Source of the DNA: an archaeon GW2011_AR10
GTDB taxonomy: Archaea > Iainarchaeota > Iainarchaeia > Iainarchaeales > GW2011-AR10
Assembly: GCA_000830275.1 (NCBI GenBank)
Contig: CP010424.1
Location: forward strand, 600,001-632,000
Reading direction: 5' to 3'
DNA length: 32,000 nt
Within the stretch, counting starts at the first letter, position 1; each line of letters opens with the position of its first letter. Positions 14,626 to 24,049 of this stretch are shown here, one piece after another. The position numbers and the translations under genes are program-made. The notes beneath the pieces are model-generated. The model did not search any database. It saw only the letters and a program-made list of their open reading frames with translations, and had not been told where the DNA came from.

Positions 14626-15425
14626 AGAAGCTAACAGAGTTTGAGAAAGGCGAGAGGGACTTCCACAACAGGCACGCAGAGCAATACGATTCTGCGCACG
14701 ACCTTGATTCAACCAGAATCGCGCTGCTGCACGAAAAGTTCCTGAAGCACATCTATGGCCTGCCAAAAAAATCAAGGGTGCTGGAGGTTGGCTGTGGTTC
14801 CGGCCATGACTCGGTGAAGATTGCAAAAAAAGGCTTTCAGGTTATTGGTTGCGATATTTCAGAAGGGTTAATCGGTGTTGCAAAAAGGAAAGCAAAAGAA
14901 AACAAAGTGGAGAAAAACACGAGGTTTTTTGTTGCCAGCACAAACAGGCTGCCTTTTAGGGGAAACAGCATTGATGCTGCACTGATCGTGGCAAGCCTGC
15001 ACCACCTTGAGAACCCTGTTGTGGCGCTCAAAGAAATAAACAGGTGCCTTAAGCCCGGCGGAATTCTTGTCATAGGCTCTGAGCCGAATGCATGGCCTTA
15101 CGTGTTCAAAAAATTCAAGCACTCCGGGCTTGGGAAAAAAATCATGGGCTTTTTCAGGAAAGACTACAATGCAGAGGAGGTAAGCATTGGTGATGAAGCA
15201 ACCACTGGCTTCAGGGAAAAAGAGCTGCGGAAAATGTTTGAGGACAGCAACTTCCGGGTTAAAAGGCTTGACTTTGAGTACTTTTTCTCTGGTTTCCTGA
15301 TTCTCCTGAAGCTGAACCTTGGAGAGCCAGCAGATAAAGGTGTTGTGTGGTTTGACTCTGTTTTGAGCTCTTTGCCGGGCATCAGAAAATTCGGGTGGTA
15401 CATTAACGCAGTGCTGGAAAAATAG
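14622..15425 (+). CDS. Class I SAM-dependent methyltransferase
   Basis: The ATG at 14622 forms an ATGA overlap with the upstream stop. VLEVGCGSGHDSVKIAKKG is motif I, followed by LKPGGILVIGSEP. Confidence 0.8.
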   Translation: MKKLTEFEKGERDFHNRHAEQYDSAHDLDSTRIALLHEKFLKHIYGLPKKSRVLEVGCGSGHDSVKIAKKGFQVIGCDISEGLIGVAKRKAKENKVEKNTRFFVASTNRLPFRGNSIDAALIVASLHHLENPVVALKEINRCLKPGGILVIGSEPNAWPYVFKKFKHSGLGKKIMGFFRKDYNAEEVSIGDEATTGFREKELRKMFEDSNFRVKRLDFEYFFSGFLILLKLNLGEPADKGVVWFDSVLSSLPGIRKFGWYINAVLEK

Positions 15426-15443
15426 TTGGCTGAACAAAAAAAA

Positions 15444-16757
15444 TCAGTTGAACTTGTCGAGGAACTTTTTAAGCGTGTCAACCATGAAGTTGAGGCGCTC
15501 ACTGTCAATGCCCGGGTAAACCCCGATAAAGAAACTGTTTTTTAGGTTGTAGTCAGAGTTCTCAAGGTTTCCTACTTTTCGGTAAACCACTTCGCGGTAA
15601 GCTGGGTGCCTTATAATGTTGCCTGCAAACAAAAGCCTTGTTTCAATGTTGTGTTTTTCAAGCCAGTCAAGGAAGTCTTTTCTTTTGAACTTTGCTTCCT
15701 TTTTCAGCGTCAACGGAAAGCCGAACCAGCATGGGTCTGCTTTCGGCAGCGATTCTGGAAGAATGAACTGGTCCTCGTAGCTGGAAAAAAACTCTAGCAG
15801 TGCATTGAAGTTTTTTTTCCTTATTTTAATGAAGCCGTCAATTCTCTTCAGCTGCTCCAAACCCATTGCAGCCTGAAACTCTAATGGCTTTAAATTGTAG
15901 CCAATGGTTACGTAAAGGTAGCGGTTATCGTAGCCCTCAATTATTGTGCCTTTGGTCCAATCGTCGTCAAATGGGCCTTCGCCTCTACCCCAGTTGCGCA
16001 GGCTTCTGATTATGGGTTCAAACCGCTTGTCTCGAACTGCAACTGCACCACCTTCCCCTAAAGTTATTTGGTGGGAAGCGTAAAAAGAGAAAGTGCCAAA
16101 GTTTCCAAAGCTGCCCAGCTTTTTTCCGCCAAAAGAGGAGCCAAGCGCATCTGCAACGTCTTCAACCAAGAAAAGGTCATGCTCTTTAACGAAATCCATA
16201 ACTGCATCCATGTCATTTGGGTTTCCAAGGGTGTGTGGCAGCATTATTGCGCGGGTTTTCCGAGAAAAGGCTTCACGCAATTGTTCCGGGTTAATGTTGT
16301 ATGTGCCTGGCTGCACGTCAAGGAGCACTGGCGTTAGAGAGTTCTGCACTATTGGGTTAAAGGTTGTAGAGAAAGTGCATGCAGGAGTTATAACTTCGTC
16401 GCCTGGCTTTAGCCTGTTTGGAACTTGGTTTGAGCAGAGCGCTGAAACCGCTAGAAGGTTTGCCGAGGAACCAGAATTTGTGAGAACGCTGCTGCTCACC
16501 CCAAAAATTTTGGAGAAATTTTTTTCGAATTCATCAGAGTAACTGCTAACGCCAAACCAACCATCAAGGATTCTTTCCATCATTTGAGTAACTTCTTTTT
16601 CGTCGTAGACTGGGCCAGAGTAGCGGATTCTGTCTTTGATTGGAGTAAACTTTGAGTCGCGGCGCTTGAGCTCAAAGAAATCAGATACGTTTTTCCGTAT
16701 CCTGTCCCTTATTGTTCTCTCCTCGTCGAGAACTTTTCCCTGCAAAGTTTTTTCCAT
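15444..16757 (-). CDS. DegT/DnrJ/EryC1 superfamily, RfbH/E1/ColD-like sugar-nucleotide 3-dehydratase (His replaces the Schiff-base Lys)
   Basis: 437 aa. NSGSSANLLA, LKPGDEVITP, HTLGNP, SFYASHQITLGEGG, WFGFPLT, TRLLFAGN and FFIGVYPG run colinear with RfbH-type proteins as I recall them. The residue at the PLP-lysine position is His. Confidence 0.75.
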   Translation of the reverse strand: MEKTLQGKVLDEERTIRDRIRKNVSDFFELKRRDSKFTPIKDRIRYSGPVYDEKEVTQMMERILDGWFGVSSYSDEFEKNFSKIFGVSSSVLTNSGSSANLLAVSALCSNQVPNRLKPGDEVITPACTFSTTFNPIVQNSLTPVLLDVQPGTYNINPEQLREAFSRKTRAIMLPHTLGNPNDMDAVMDFVKEHDLFLVEDVADALGSSFGGKKLGSFGNFGTFSFYASHQITLGEGGAVAVRDKRFEPIIRSLRNWGRGEGPFDDDWTKGTIIEGYDNRYLYVTIGYNLKPLEFQAAMGLEQLKRIDGFIKIRKKNFNALLEFFSSYEDQFILPESLPKADPCWFGFPLTLKKEAKFKRKDFLDWLEKHNIETRLLFAGNIIRHPAYREVVYRKVGNLENSDYNLKNSFFIGVYPGIDSERLNFMVDTLKKFLDKFN

Positions 16758-16809
16758 CCTAAAATAATAAGAAATTAACCTTTAAATAACTATTTTTGAT
16801 ACTTCTTTC

Positions 16810-17949
16810 ATGAAGGTTGCTGAGGCTTCAGCTAATTTTCCGCCTTATTTTGGCGGCATAGGCAACACATGCTTCCATAATGCGGCAGAGCTCGCAAATT
16901 TAGGCCATGAGGTAACAGTATTCAGCTCAAAGACAGGCAATGAAGAATATCATTACCCTGAAAACATGAGTGTTAGGTTAAGCAGGCCACTGTTCAGGTA
17001 TGGAAACGCTGTTTTTCTGCCGGAGCTGCTGAACATTAAGGGGTTTGATGCAGTGCACGTGCACATGCCTTTCCACTTTGGGGCGGAAATGCTTTTCTTT
17101 TCCTCTAAAGCGAACAGGATTCCGTTAATTGCAACTTATCAAATGGACTTGGTGGGGGAAGGCTGGCTAAAGCATTTTTTTAGGTTACACAGGGAAACTG
17201 TTGTAAAGCCTCTTCTGAGAAGGGCTTCAAGGGTGATTGTCAGCTCAATGGATTACGCGGAAAACTCTGACATTTCAGGAATTTTGAAGAAACGGGAAGG
17301 GTCCTTGTTTGAGCTCCCGAACGGAGTGGACGTCGGCAAATTTAACCCAAAAGTGAAAGCTCTGAAACTGAGAAGAAAACTCGGCTTGGAGAAAGATAAA
17401 GTCGTGTTGTTTGTTGGAGCATTGGACAAATCGCACTACTTTAAGGGTGTAGAGAACCTGGTGAAGGCATTTGCAGCAGTGAAAAAGCACGAGGCAAAAC
17501 TCGTAATTGTGGGGGAAGGGAACTTGAAGCAGTATTACATGGAGAAGGCAGCGAAGCATGGAGTGGGCAGCAGAACAATTTTTGCCGGAAGAGTTGAAGA
17601 CGAGGAGCTGCCACAATACTACGCGTTAAGCGATTTCCTGGTTTTGCCTTCAACTGACAAAGCAGAAGCATTTGGTTTGGTTGCAGTGGAGGCAATGGCT
17701 TCAGGCAAAGCAGTGATAGCATCCAACCTGCCGGGAGTGAGAAAAAATGTGGAGGAAGGAAAAACAGGCTTGCTGGTTGAACCAAACAATGTAAAAGGCC
17801 TATCTGGTGCAATAAATTATTTAGTGGAAAACGAAAGCACTGCAAAGCGGATGGGAATAAACGGGAGAAGGAAAGCAGAGGAAGCCTTTGACTGGAAAAA
17901 AATCGGAGCCAAGCTGGAAAAAATAATTAGTGGAGTGCTGGGAGAATGA
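16810..17949 (+). CDS. GT4 (GT-B fold) glycosyltransferase
   Basis: EAFGLVAVEAMASGKAVIASNLPGVRKNVEEGKTGLLVEP matches the E-x7-E / Glycos_transf_1 signature. Confidence 0.85.
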   Translation: MKVAEASANFPPYFGGIGNTCFHNAAELANLGHEVTVFSSKTGNEEYHYPENMSVRLSRPLFRYGNAVFLPELLNIKGFDAVHVHMPFHFGAEMLFFSSKANRIPLIATYQMDLVGEGWLKHFFRLHRETVVKPLLRRASRVIVSSMDYAENSDISGILKKREGSLFELPNGVDVGKFNPKVKALKLRRKLGLEKDKVVLFVGALDKSHYFKGVENLVKAFAAVKKHEAKLVIVGEGNLKQYYMEKAAKHGVGSRTIFAGRVEDEELPQYYALSDFLVLPSTDKAEAFGLVAVEAMASGKAVIASNLPGVRKNVEEGKTGLLVEPNNVKGLSGAINYLVENESTAKRMGINGRRKAEEAFDWKKIGAKLEKIISGVLGE

Positions 17950-19625
17950 ATTTTTTCTCTTTTGTTTTCATGCTGATTTTGTGGGGCATTCTGTCGCTTT
18001 CTGTTCTAATGCTGCTGAAAAACGATGAGGGTTTTGCAAGGAGCAGGAAAAATTTTTTTATCGCTGCACTTTTGCTTTCAGGAATGTTTCTTCCCATCTA
18101 CGCGAAAGTAGCAATATCAAAAGAGTTTGTTTTTGCTTCATCTGATGAGGACATCTTAAAGCAGAACTACGAGAAATACGTTTCATTGAGAAATTTTGCT
18201 TTAGTGGAACATGCTTCCGGGCCCAGTATGCTGGTTTTCATGCAGAACATTCAACTATTGACTGGGCTGGAGTTGGACACGATTGTATTCTTGTTGGGTT
18301 TGTTTTTGAGTGCACTAACCCCTGCTTTTGTTTTCTTTTTCTTTTTGAAGTTCTCGAAAAGCTACCGGCTTTCACTTGGCGCGGCTTTTCTTGCGTTCTT
18401 TTCATCCTTTTTTATCTGGCCGACTATTGAGGTTAGGCCACAGCAGGCAGGCTTCTTGATTGCACTGGCAGTGCTTTGGCTTTTCAAGGACTTCGAGGAA
18501 AACAGGAAGCCTTCCTCCCTGGCTGTTTGCTCTATTTTAACCGTTTCTCTTTCAGCGATTCATGTGCTGAGCTTCTACTACATTCTTCCGATGCTGGTTG
18601 CCTTAACAGTTTACTTTATTATGAAAAATAATGGGCTTCACTATGCTTACTTTTTTGTGCCAGTGCTTGCTTGGGTTGCAGGCATAATTCTGAACAACTC
18701 GTTTTTTTACATCATATATGATTTGCAGTGGGCTTTAAGGTATTCTGTGCCGGCTTTGCCTGCTGTTTTTACTGAAATAATTTTGCTGCCTTATGGCATA
18801 AAGCTTTTTGTGCCTGTTGTTGGGCTGGCCACACTTCTTATTGCATTCATTTTTGCGGCAGTAGCTGCTTTGAAGTGGCTTGGCAGAAAAATCAGTGTGA
18901 AGGAAGCAGTTGAACGGGTTTCAGCATTTGTTGATTTAAATTTTGCAAAAATTTTTGCAGCGCTGATGGCTGTATCGCTCCTCATGCTGGCAGTGCAGGT
19001 TCTGATAAGCTTTGACCAAATAATGTGGCTTTACAGCAACTCTCTCCCAAAATTTGTTTTCCTTGAACTTGGAAACATTTTTTTCGGTGCAGCAGGGGTT
19101 GGGGGCCTGCTGTACATTATTAGGAATAAAAGGAACAATTCTGCAGGAATGCTGCTTGTTTCGCTTACCCTTGCAGGGGTTTTTGCTTCAACGCTGTTGA
19201 TGGGCATTGTTATGACAGCAGGCTTCAACAATTTTGCCCTGAGAACCCTTAATTACCTCGTCATTTTTCTGGCTTTCTTTGCATTCTATGCTTTGACGCA
19301 GGTTAAGATGCAGCCAAAACTTAAGTATGCTGCGCTGCTAATACTGCTTTTTTTCCCAGCCACTCTTGCTCTTGGTACAAGGGACCCAGGAGTTTTGAAC
19401 ATTGTAGTAACTTATTTTGATGTTGAAGAGGCAAAGCAAGTGGGTTTTTCCAACCACTTTATTGTGGTTAACAGTCTTAGGGATAACCTTCCTGTTCCGA
19501 CAACAAGGGGGGACCCGTCCATTTACTATAATGACTACTCCAAGGACCTTGTTGTGAACTCAACGCAGAGAATTGTTCTGTTTCCTAACAGCAGAGCAAA
19601 CGAATTAATGGGGCAAAAAAAGTGA
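17946..19625 (+). CDS. Large polytopic membrane protein (about 14 TM); candidate glycan polymerase or GT-C-type enzyme
   Basis: 559 aa with an ATGA overlap with the upstream GT4 gene. It is very hydrophobic and has a short soluble C-terminus. I recognise no family motif. Confidence 0.4.
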   Translation: MNFFSFVFMLILWGILSLSVLMLLKNDEGFARSRKNFFIAALLLSGMFLPIYAKVAISKEFVFASSDEDILKQNYEKYVSLRNFALVEHASGPSMLVFMQNIQLLTGLELDTIVFLLGLFLSALTPAFVFFFFLKFSKSYRLSLGAAFLAFFSSFFIWPTIEVRPQQAGFLIALAVLWLFKDFEENRKPSSLAVCSILTVSLSAIHVLSFYYILPMLVALTVYFIMKNNGLHYAYFFVPVLAWVAGIILNNSFFYIIYDLQWALRYSVPALPAVFTEIILLPYGIKLFVPVVGLATLLIAFIFAAVAALKWLGRKISVKEAVERVSAFVDLNFAKIFAALMAVSLLMLAVQVLISFDQIMWLYSNSLPKFVFLELGNIFFGAAGVGGLLYIIRNKRNNSAGMLLVSLTLAGVFASTLLMGIVMTAGFNNFALRTLNYLVIFLAFFAFYALTQVKMQPKLKYAALLILLFFPATLALGTRDPGVLNIVVTYFDVEEAKQVGFSNHFIVVNSLRDNLPVPTTRGDPSIYYNDYSKDLVVNSTQRIVLFPNSRANELMGQKK

Positions 19626-20698
19626 GGCTTGGAATTTTTTTTGACACTTTCCTTCAAGGGGGCGGTGCGGAAAAAATCCTTGCAGTGCTTGCAAAGGAGT
19701 TCGACGCAGACATAATTACTTCCGGGTACAAGCAGGAATTGTACCGCGAGTGGCTTGATTCGCGCGTAATAGACTTAGGAAATGTCACTCACCATTTTAA
19801 TAACCGCTTGGGCTTCCTTGAAACAGCCGCAAGGTTTCATTTTAACAGGAAAAAATTTGACTACGACTTCAACGTTTTCTGCGGGATTTTCTCGATTTTT
19901 GCTGCTTCATCCAATAAGCCGAATGTTTGGCTTTGCCTTTCACCAAATCGAACAATTTACGATTTGAAAGAGAGGCGGCTGGCGGAAACAAAAGGCATTC
20001 CAAGAGTGCTGCTGAAAAAATACATTGAGTGGCTTATGCCGCTCGACCAAAGAGTAGTGAAAGAGCACATCCAGAGAATTTACACTATTTCCAGGACAGG
20101 CAGCGATAGAGTGAAAAGATTCTATGGTTTGAATTCCTCAATCGTAAATCCGCCGATTGCTGCGGAAAAATACTGTTTCAAAAAATTCGGGGACTTTTTT
20201 TTCACTGCCAACAGGCTTATTCCTGAGAAACGCGTTGACCTCATTGCAAGGGCATTCACGGAAATGCCTGAAAAAAAGCTGGTAATTGCAGGTTTCGGGC
20301 CGGAGGAAGGGAAAATCCGCAAAATAATTGGCGGGTTCAACAACATTGAGTTCGTTGGAAGGCTTCCGGAGAAAGAACTTGTAAGGTATTATGCTGAGTG
20401 CCTTGCAACTGTTTTCATGCCGTTGAATGAGGACTTTGGCATGGTGCCCTTGGAGGGAAACGCTGCAGGAAAAGCCTGCATTGCGGTAAATGACGGCGGC
20501 TGCAGGGAAACAGTAGTGCAAGGAAAAACAGGTTTCCTCATTGAGCCAACAGAGCAGGCAATCATTGAAGCAGTTAAAGTCTTTTCTCCGGAGAATGCAA
20601 AAGAAATGAAGGGTTATTGCTTGAAGCAGGCAAAGCGTTTCAGCACAAAGGCTTATCTGGATAACTGGAGAAAAATTATTTCCGAAGCAGTTGAGTGA
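19622..20698 (+). CDS. GT4 (GT-B fold) glycosyltransferase
   Basis: GTGA start/stop overlap. EDFGMVPLEGNAAGKACIAVNDGGCRETVVQGKTGFLIEP. Confidence 0.8.
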   Translation: MRLGIFFDTFLQGGGAEKILAVLAKEFDADIITSGYKQELYREWLDSRVIDLGNVTHHFNNRLGFLETAARFHFNRKKFDYDFNVFCGIFSIFAASSNKPNVWLCLSPNRTIYDLKERRLAETKGIPRVLLKKYIEWLMPLDQRVVKEHIQRIYTISRTGSDRVKRFYGLNSSIVNPPIAAEKYCFKKFGDFFFTANRLIPEKRVDLIARAFTEMPEKKLVIAGFGPEEGKIRKIIGGFNNIEFVGRLPEKELVRYYAECLATVFMPLNEDFGMVPLEGNAAGKACIAVNDGGCRETVVQGKTGFLIEPTEQAIIEAVKVFSPENAKEMKGYCLKQAKRFSTKAYLDNWRKIISEAVE

Positions 20699-21696
20699 GC
20701 GCGATGAGGCAAAGTCTTCTTGAACTGATTAAGTGCCCCAATTGCGGCAGTGAAAAATTTTTTGCCGAGGAAAAAAAATCAGACAAATCCGAGTTAAGGG
20801 AGGGAAGCGTTAAATGCAGAGAGTGCAGTGAAAGTTTTTCAGTAAAAAAAGGAATCCTTGACCTGCTGATTAACCCAAGCGAAGAAATAGTGAAGGAGCA
20901 GAAGGGCTGGACGCAGGATGAAAGCGCTAACGTGAACAGCAAGGAATTCATTCTGTCGCTGCCAAGGCCTGCGGACAAGGAACATAAGGAGTGGTGGCAG
21001 GAGCAGGCAGACAACTATGAAATGGTTTTGAAGAGGCTTGCATTGAGAGGAAACGAAACAGTGCTTGATGTTGGGGCAGGCAGGACTTGGAGCACAAGGG
21101 ACTTTGCCAAAAAAGGGTGCAGGGCAGTGGGCATTGACATCCTGCGAGAAAAATTTGTTGGTTTGGAGTGCGCTGACTATTACCTCGGCGGAAGCGTTTT
21201 TTTTGAGAGAGTGCTTGCTGACATGAATGCATTGCCTTTCAAGGCAAAAAGCTTTGATGTCGTGTTTTCAACTGCAACTCTGCACCACAGCTCTAACCTA
21301 AATGAATGCTTTGGTGAAATCTCGCGGGTGCTGAAAAAAAACGGGAAAGTTGTTTTGGTGAATGAGCCAACCCGCGGAGTTCTTGAAAGCAAGGAATTCA
21401 AGCACGAGCTGGTGGAGTTAGGGGTTAACGAGCACAAATACTCTCTTCCTGAATGGCTTTCTGCAATGAAGCGCAATGGTTTTGAGGTTGAAGTAATGAT
21501 GCCTCGAAGCGTTGAGAGAATGATGGAAACAGGGAAAGTGAAAGGCGACAAAAAGTACAAGGTTTTTTTGGGAAAAATTGCTTCATTTTTTTGGAGAATT
21601 CCCGGCGGAAAATTTTTGCTGAAACGAATGCATATCGCAGGGCAGCTTCTTGTTGGACTAGGGGTTGTTATTATTGGAAGGAAGGTGAGGGGTTGA
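20695..21696 (+). CDS. SAM-dependent methyltransferase with an N-terminal Trm112-like Cys4 zinc ribbon and a C-terminal hydrophobic tail
   Basis: CPNCG...CRECSESFSVKKGILDLL, then VLDVGAGRTWSTRDFAKKG (motif I) and LKKNGKVVLVNEP. GTGA overlap with the upstream stop (alternative ATG at 20704). Confidence 0.75.
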   Translation: MSAMRQSLLELIKCPNCGSEKFFAEEKKSDKSELREGSVKCRECSESFSVKKGILDLLINPSEEIVKEQKGWTQDESANVNSKEFILSLPRPADKEHKEWWQEQADNYEMVLKRLALRGNETVLDVGAGRTWSTRDFAKKGCRAVGIDILREKFVGLECADYYLGGSVFFERVLADMNALPFKAKSFDVVFSTATLHHSSNLNECFGEISRVLKKNGKVVLVNEPTRGVLESKEFKHELVELGVNEHKYSLPEWLSAMKRNGFEVEVMMPRSVERMMETGKVKGDKKYKVFLGKIASFFWRIPGGKFLLKRMHIAGQLLVGLGVVIIGRKVRG

Positions 21697-22835
21697 AGCT
21701 GGCTCTAGTGCACTTGGGTTTCCCTCCGGAAGACTTGGCAGGAGGAGCGAAGTACGTTTATTACCTTGCAAACGAGCTTGCAATGCTTGGAAACAAGGTA
21801 ACGGTTTTCACTTACAAGGCAGAAGAAACAAGCAATGCAATGGAATCAGATTACCCCTTGAAAGAAAATGTAACGGTTGAAAGGCTTAACTATCGCCATT
21901 TGCCGGTTTTCCGGGAAAAGTTTTTAGTTGGATTAAATCATCGGCTCTCAAAGGGGTTTGATTTAGTGATAGGGTTTCAGAGCCTTTACTTAACCACTAC
22001 GCTTGCGCTAAGGCACTGCCGGAGGAAAAGCATACCTTACGCCTGCACTACTTTTGATTTAGGGGTTTTTTCAAGCGCTTTAACTGAGAAAATCCGAGGA
22101 AGATTGCAGTTGAGTGAAGTGTTCAAGCACATGGTTTTTGGCACGGTTATCTCTGAGAAATCCAGGGCGGTTTTGGCAAAAAAATTTCCAGAATTCTCGG
22201 ACAGGATTTTTACGATAACCCCTGGCATAGACTTTAATGTGTTCAATGCTGAAAAAGTAAACAGAAACGAGGCAGCTGAAGAGCTTGCGTTGGACAGAAA
22301 AAGCAGGCACCTTCTTTTTGTCGGAAGAATAGCCCCGGAAAAAGGAATCAATTACCTTTTTGAGGCGTTTGAAATCGTGAAACAAAAAAACCCTGATGTC
22401 AAGCTTGTTGTAGTTGGGGAAGGCAATGACCATTTTGTTGAAAACCTGAAGGGGCAGCTGGAGCACAGAAACCTTAGGGAAAGCACCGTGTTCCTAACTA
22501 TGCTTTCCCAGCAAGAACTGGCTTCCCTGTATGGTTGCTGTGATTTGACTGTGCTGCCCTCAACCACAATGGCTGAAGGCTTTGGCATGGTTTTGCTGGA
22601 GAGCCTTGCAATGGGAACCCCTGTTGTTACTACAAGGATTGCCGGGGCAGCATACATTGTTGAAGGAAACCCTTCTTTTGGTTCGGTGGTAAAGGAAGCT
22701 GATTCAGTTGAGCTGGCAAACGCAATCGAAAAAGAATTAAAGCGCAAGAAAAAGGTTGACTTGAAGGCATTGAAAAATTTTTCTTGGAAAGAAATTGCAA
22801 GGCAGTACCAAAAACTTATTGAGGGAAAGAGGTAG
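21693..22835 (+). CDS. GT4 (GT-B fold) glycosyltransferase
   Basis: The likely start, TTG 21693, overlaps the upstream TGA (gTTGAag) and a ggtgagggg SD-like motif precedes it. AEGFGMVLLESLAMGTPVVTTRIAGAAYIVEG. Confidence 0.8.
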   Translation: MKLALVHLGFPPEDLAGGAKYVYYLANELAMLGNKVTVFTYKAEETSNAMESDYPLKENVTVERLNYRHLPVFREKFLVGLNHRLSKGFDLVIGFQSLYLTTTLALRHCRRKSIPYACTTFDLGVFSSALTEKIRGRLQLSEVFKHMVFGTVISEKSRAVLAKKFPEFSDRIFTITPGIDFNVFNAEKVNRNEAAEELALDRKSRHLLFVGRIAPEKGINYLFEAFEIVKQKNPDVKLVVVGEGNDHFVENLKGQLEHRNLRESTVFLTMLSQQELASLYGCCDLTVLPSTTMAEGFGMVLLESLAMGTPVVTTRIAGAAYIVEGNPSFGSVVKEADSVELANAIEKELKRKKKVDLKALKNFSWKEIARQYQKLIEGKR

Positions 22836-22838
22836 GCA

Positions 22839-23288
22839 ATGGAAATGCTTGGACAAATTTTTTTTAGGGTTTATTCGTTTTTTGCAACAATTGGTTTTGG
22901 TGGAAAAGGAAACAACGTGATTGTTTTTCCTGGGGCAAAACTTTTGAACAAAAAAAACCTGTTTGTTGGCAGCAACGTTGTTCTGGCTGATGCCTTCATT
23001 GACTCAACTGCAAAGGTTGAAATCCAAAACAACGTTTTTTTCGGCCACCAAGCAATGGTTTTGACTGCATCACACGATTTTAGAAAGAAGGGAACTGAAA
23101 GGCAGAAAGCAGTCAATGCAAAACCCATCCTAATTAAGGAAGGAGCATGGATTGCTTCACGTGCAATAATTCTTTCAGGAGTTACCATCGGAGAAAACTC
23201 TGTTGTTGGAGCAGGGGCGGTTGTTGCAAAAGACGTTCCAGCAAACTCGGTTGTTGTAAGCGAAAGCAAATTCAAGATAATCAAATAA
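22839..23288 (+). CDS. Left-handed beta-helix (hexapeptide repeat) O-acetyltransferase
   Basis: IASRAIILSGVTIGENSVVGAGAVVAKDVPANSVVV is the typical LbH C-terminal signature (WbbJ/Maa-like). Confidence 0.8.
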   Translation: MEMLGQIFFRVYSFFATIGFGGKGNNVIVFPGAKLLNKKNLFVGSNVVLADAFIDSTAKVEIQNNVFFGHQAMVLTASHDFRKKGTERQKAVNAKPILIKEGAWIASRAIILSGVTIGENSVVGAGAVVAKDVPANSVVVSESKFKIIK

Positions 23289-23295
23289 AATTTAT

Positions 23296-24045
23296 TTACC
23301 TGCTTTTCCTTTCCAGCTCCCAAAGCTTCACATTCACCTGAAAGCGGTAGAATGCAAAAGTTGTTGCAAGAATTAAACCTTCCAAACCATCAAGTATGCC
23401 CTTCCACCAAATCAAGCGGTAAAAAAAGCTGCCTACAGGATGAAAAATCAGTTTCAGCAGGCTGAATTTTTCCCCTTTCATTTTCCTTGCTTTTGCTTCA
23501 AGCGAAGAGTAATGGTTGAGTTTCTGCAGCAAATCCGAGAGGTCAGGGTAAGAAAAATGGATTATCTTGTTTTTCATTTTGCCTTCAGTGCCGGCAATTT
23601 TTGCTTCCTCGTGAACAATTTGGTCGTATTTTGCATTTTTTCTCCTGAACAGGCGCATGTGGTAGTAACTTTCCCCACCATATTTTAGTTCTTTTTTTCC
23701 GTAATGGTTTTTGTAAGGAATCCAGTAACCGTCAGCAGAATTCTTTGAGTTCACTGTTTCAACTATTTCCTGCGCAAGCTCTTTGGGACATATTTCGTCC
23801 GGGTCTGGAAAAAAAATCCACTCGTTTTTTGCTTTGGTTAGAGCAAAATTTCTCTGCGCTGCAAAATCAGAGAATTTTTTCCTGAAAACTTTTGCACCAA
23901 GCTTTTTTGCTATCTGCACTGTTTTGTCGAAGCTATGGGAGTCAACGACAATTATTTCGTCTGCAAAGCCCTTAACTGCTTCAATGCATTGCCCTACAAA
24001 TTTTTCTTCGTTGAATGTGATAATGCAGACAGAAATTTTTGCCAT
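23296..24045 (-). CDS. GT2 family glycosyltransferase
   Basis: MAKISVCIITFNEEKFVGQCIEAV...IIVVDSHSFDKT...FFPDPDE. ATG at 24045. Confidence 0.8.
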   Translation of the reverse strand: MAKISVCIITFNEEKFVGQCIEAVKGFADEIIVVDSHSFDKTVQIAKKLGAKVFRKKFSDFAAQRNFALTKAKNEWIFFPDPDEICPKELAQEIVETVNSKNSADGYWIPYKNHYGKKELKYGGESYYHMRLFRRKNAKYDQIVHEEAKIAGTEGKMKNKIIHFSYPDLSDLLQKLNHYSSLEAKARKMKGEKFSLLKLIFHPVGSFFYRLIWWKGILDGLEGLILATTFAFYRFQVNVKLWELERKSR

Positions 24046-24049
24046 GAAC

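Noticed and set aside
14404-15437. Minus-strand ORFs 14404-14826, 14837-15073, 14868-15437 and 15164-15508
   Set aside because: They are antisense to two well-supported plus-strand genes (GT2 and methyltransferase with clear motifs) and carry no motifs of their own.
16068-16542. Plus-strand ORFs 16068-16337 and 16093-16542
   Set aside because: They are antisense to the strongly supported RfbH-like gene.
20138-23323. Minus-strand ORFs inside the plus-strand GT/MT operon (20138-20521, 20676-21014, 21180-21560, 22080-22466, 22352-22747, 22871-23323)
   Set aside because: All are antisense to genes with clear family motifs and none has a motif of its own.
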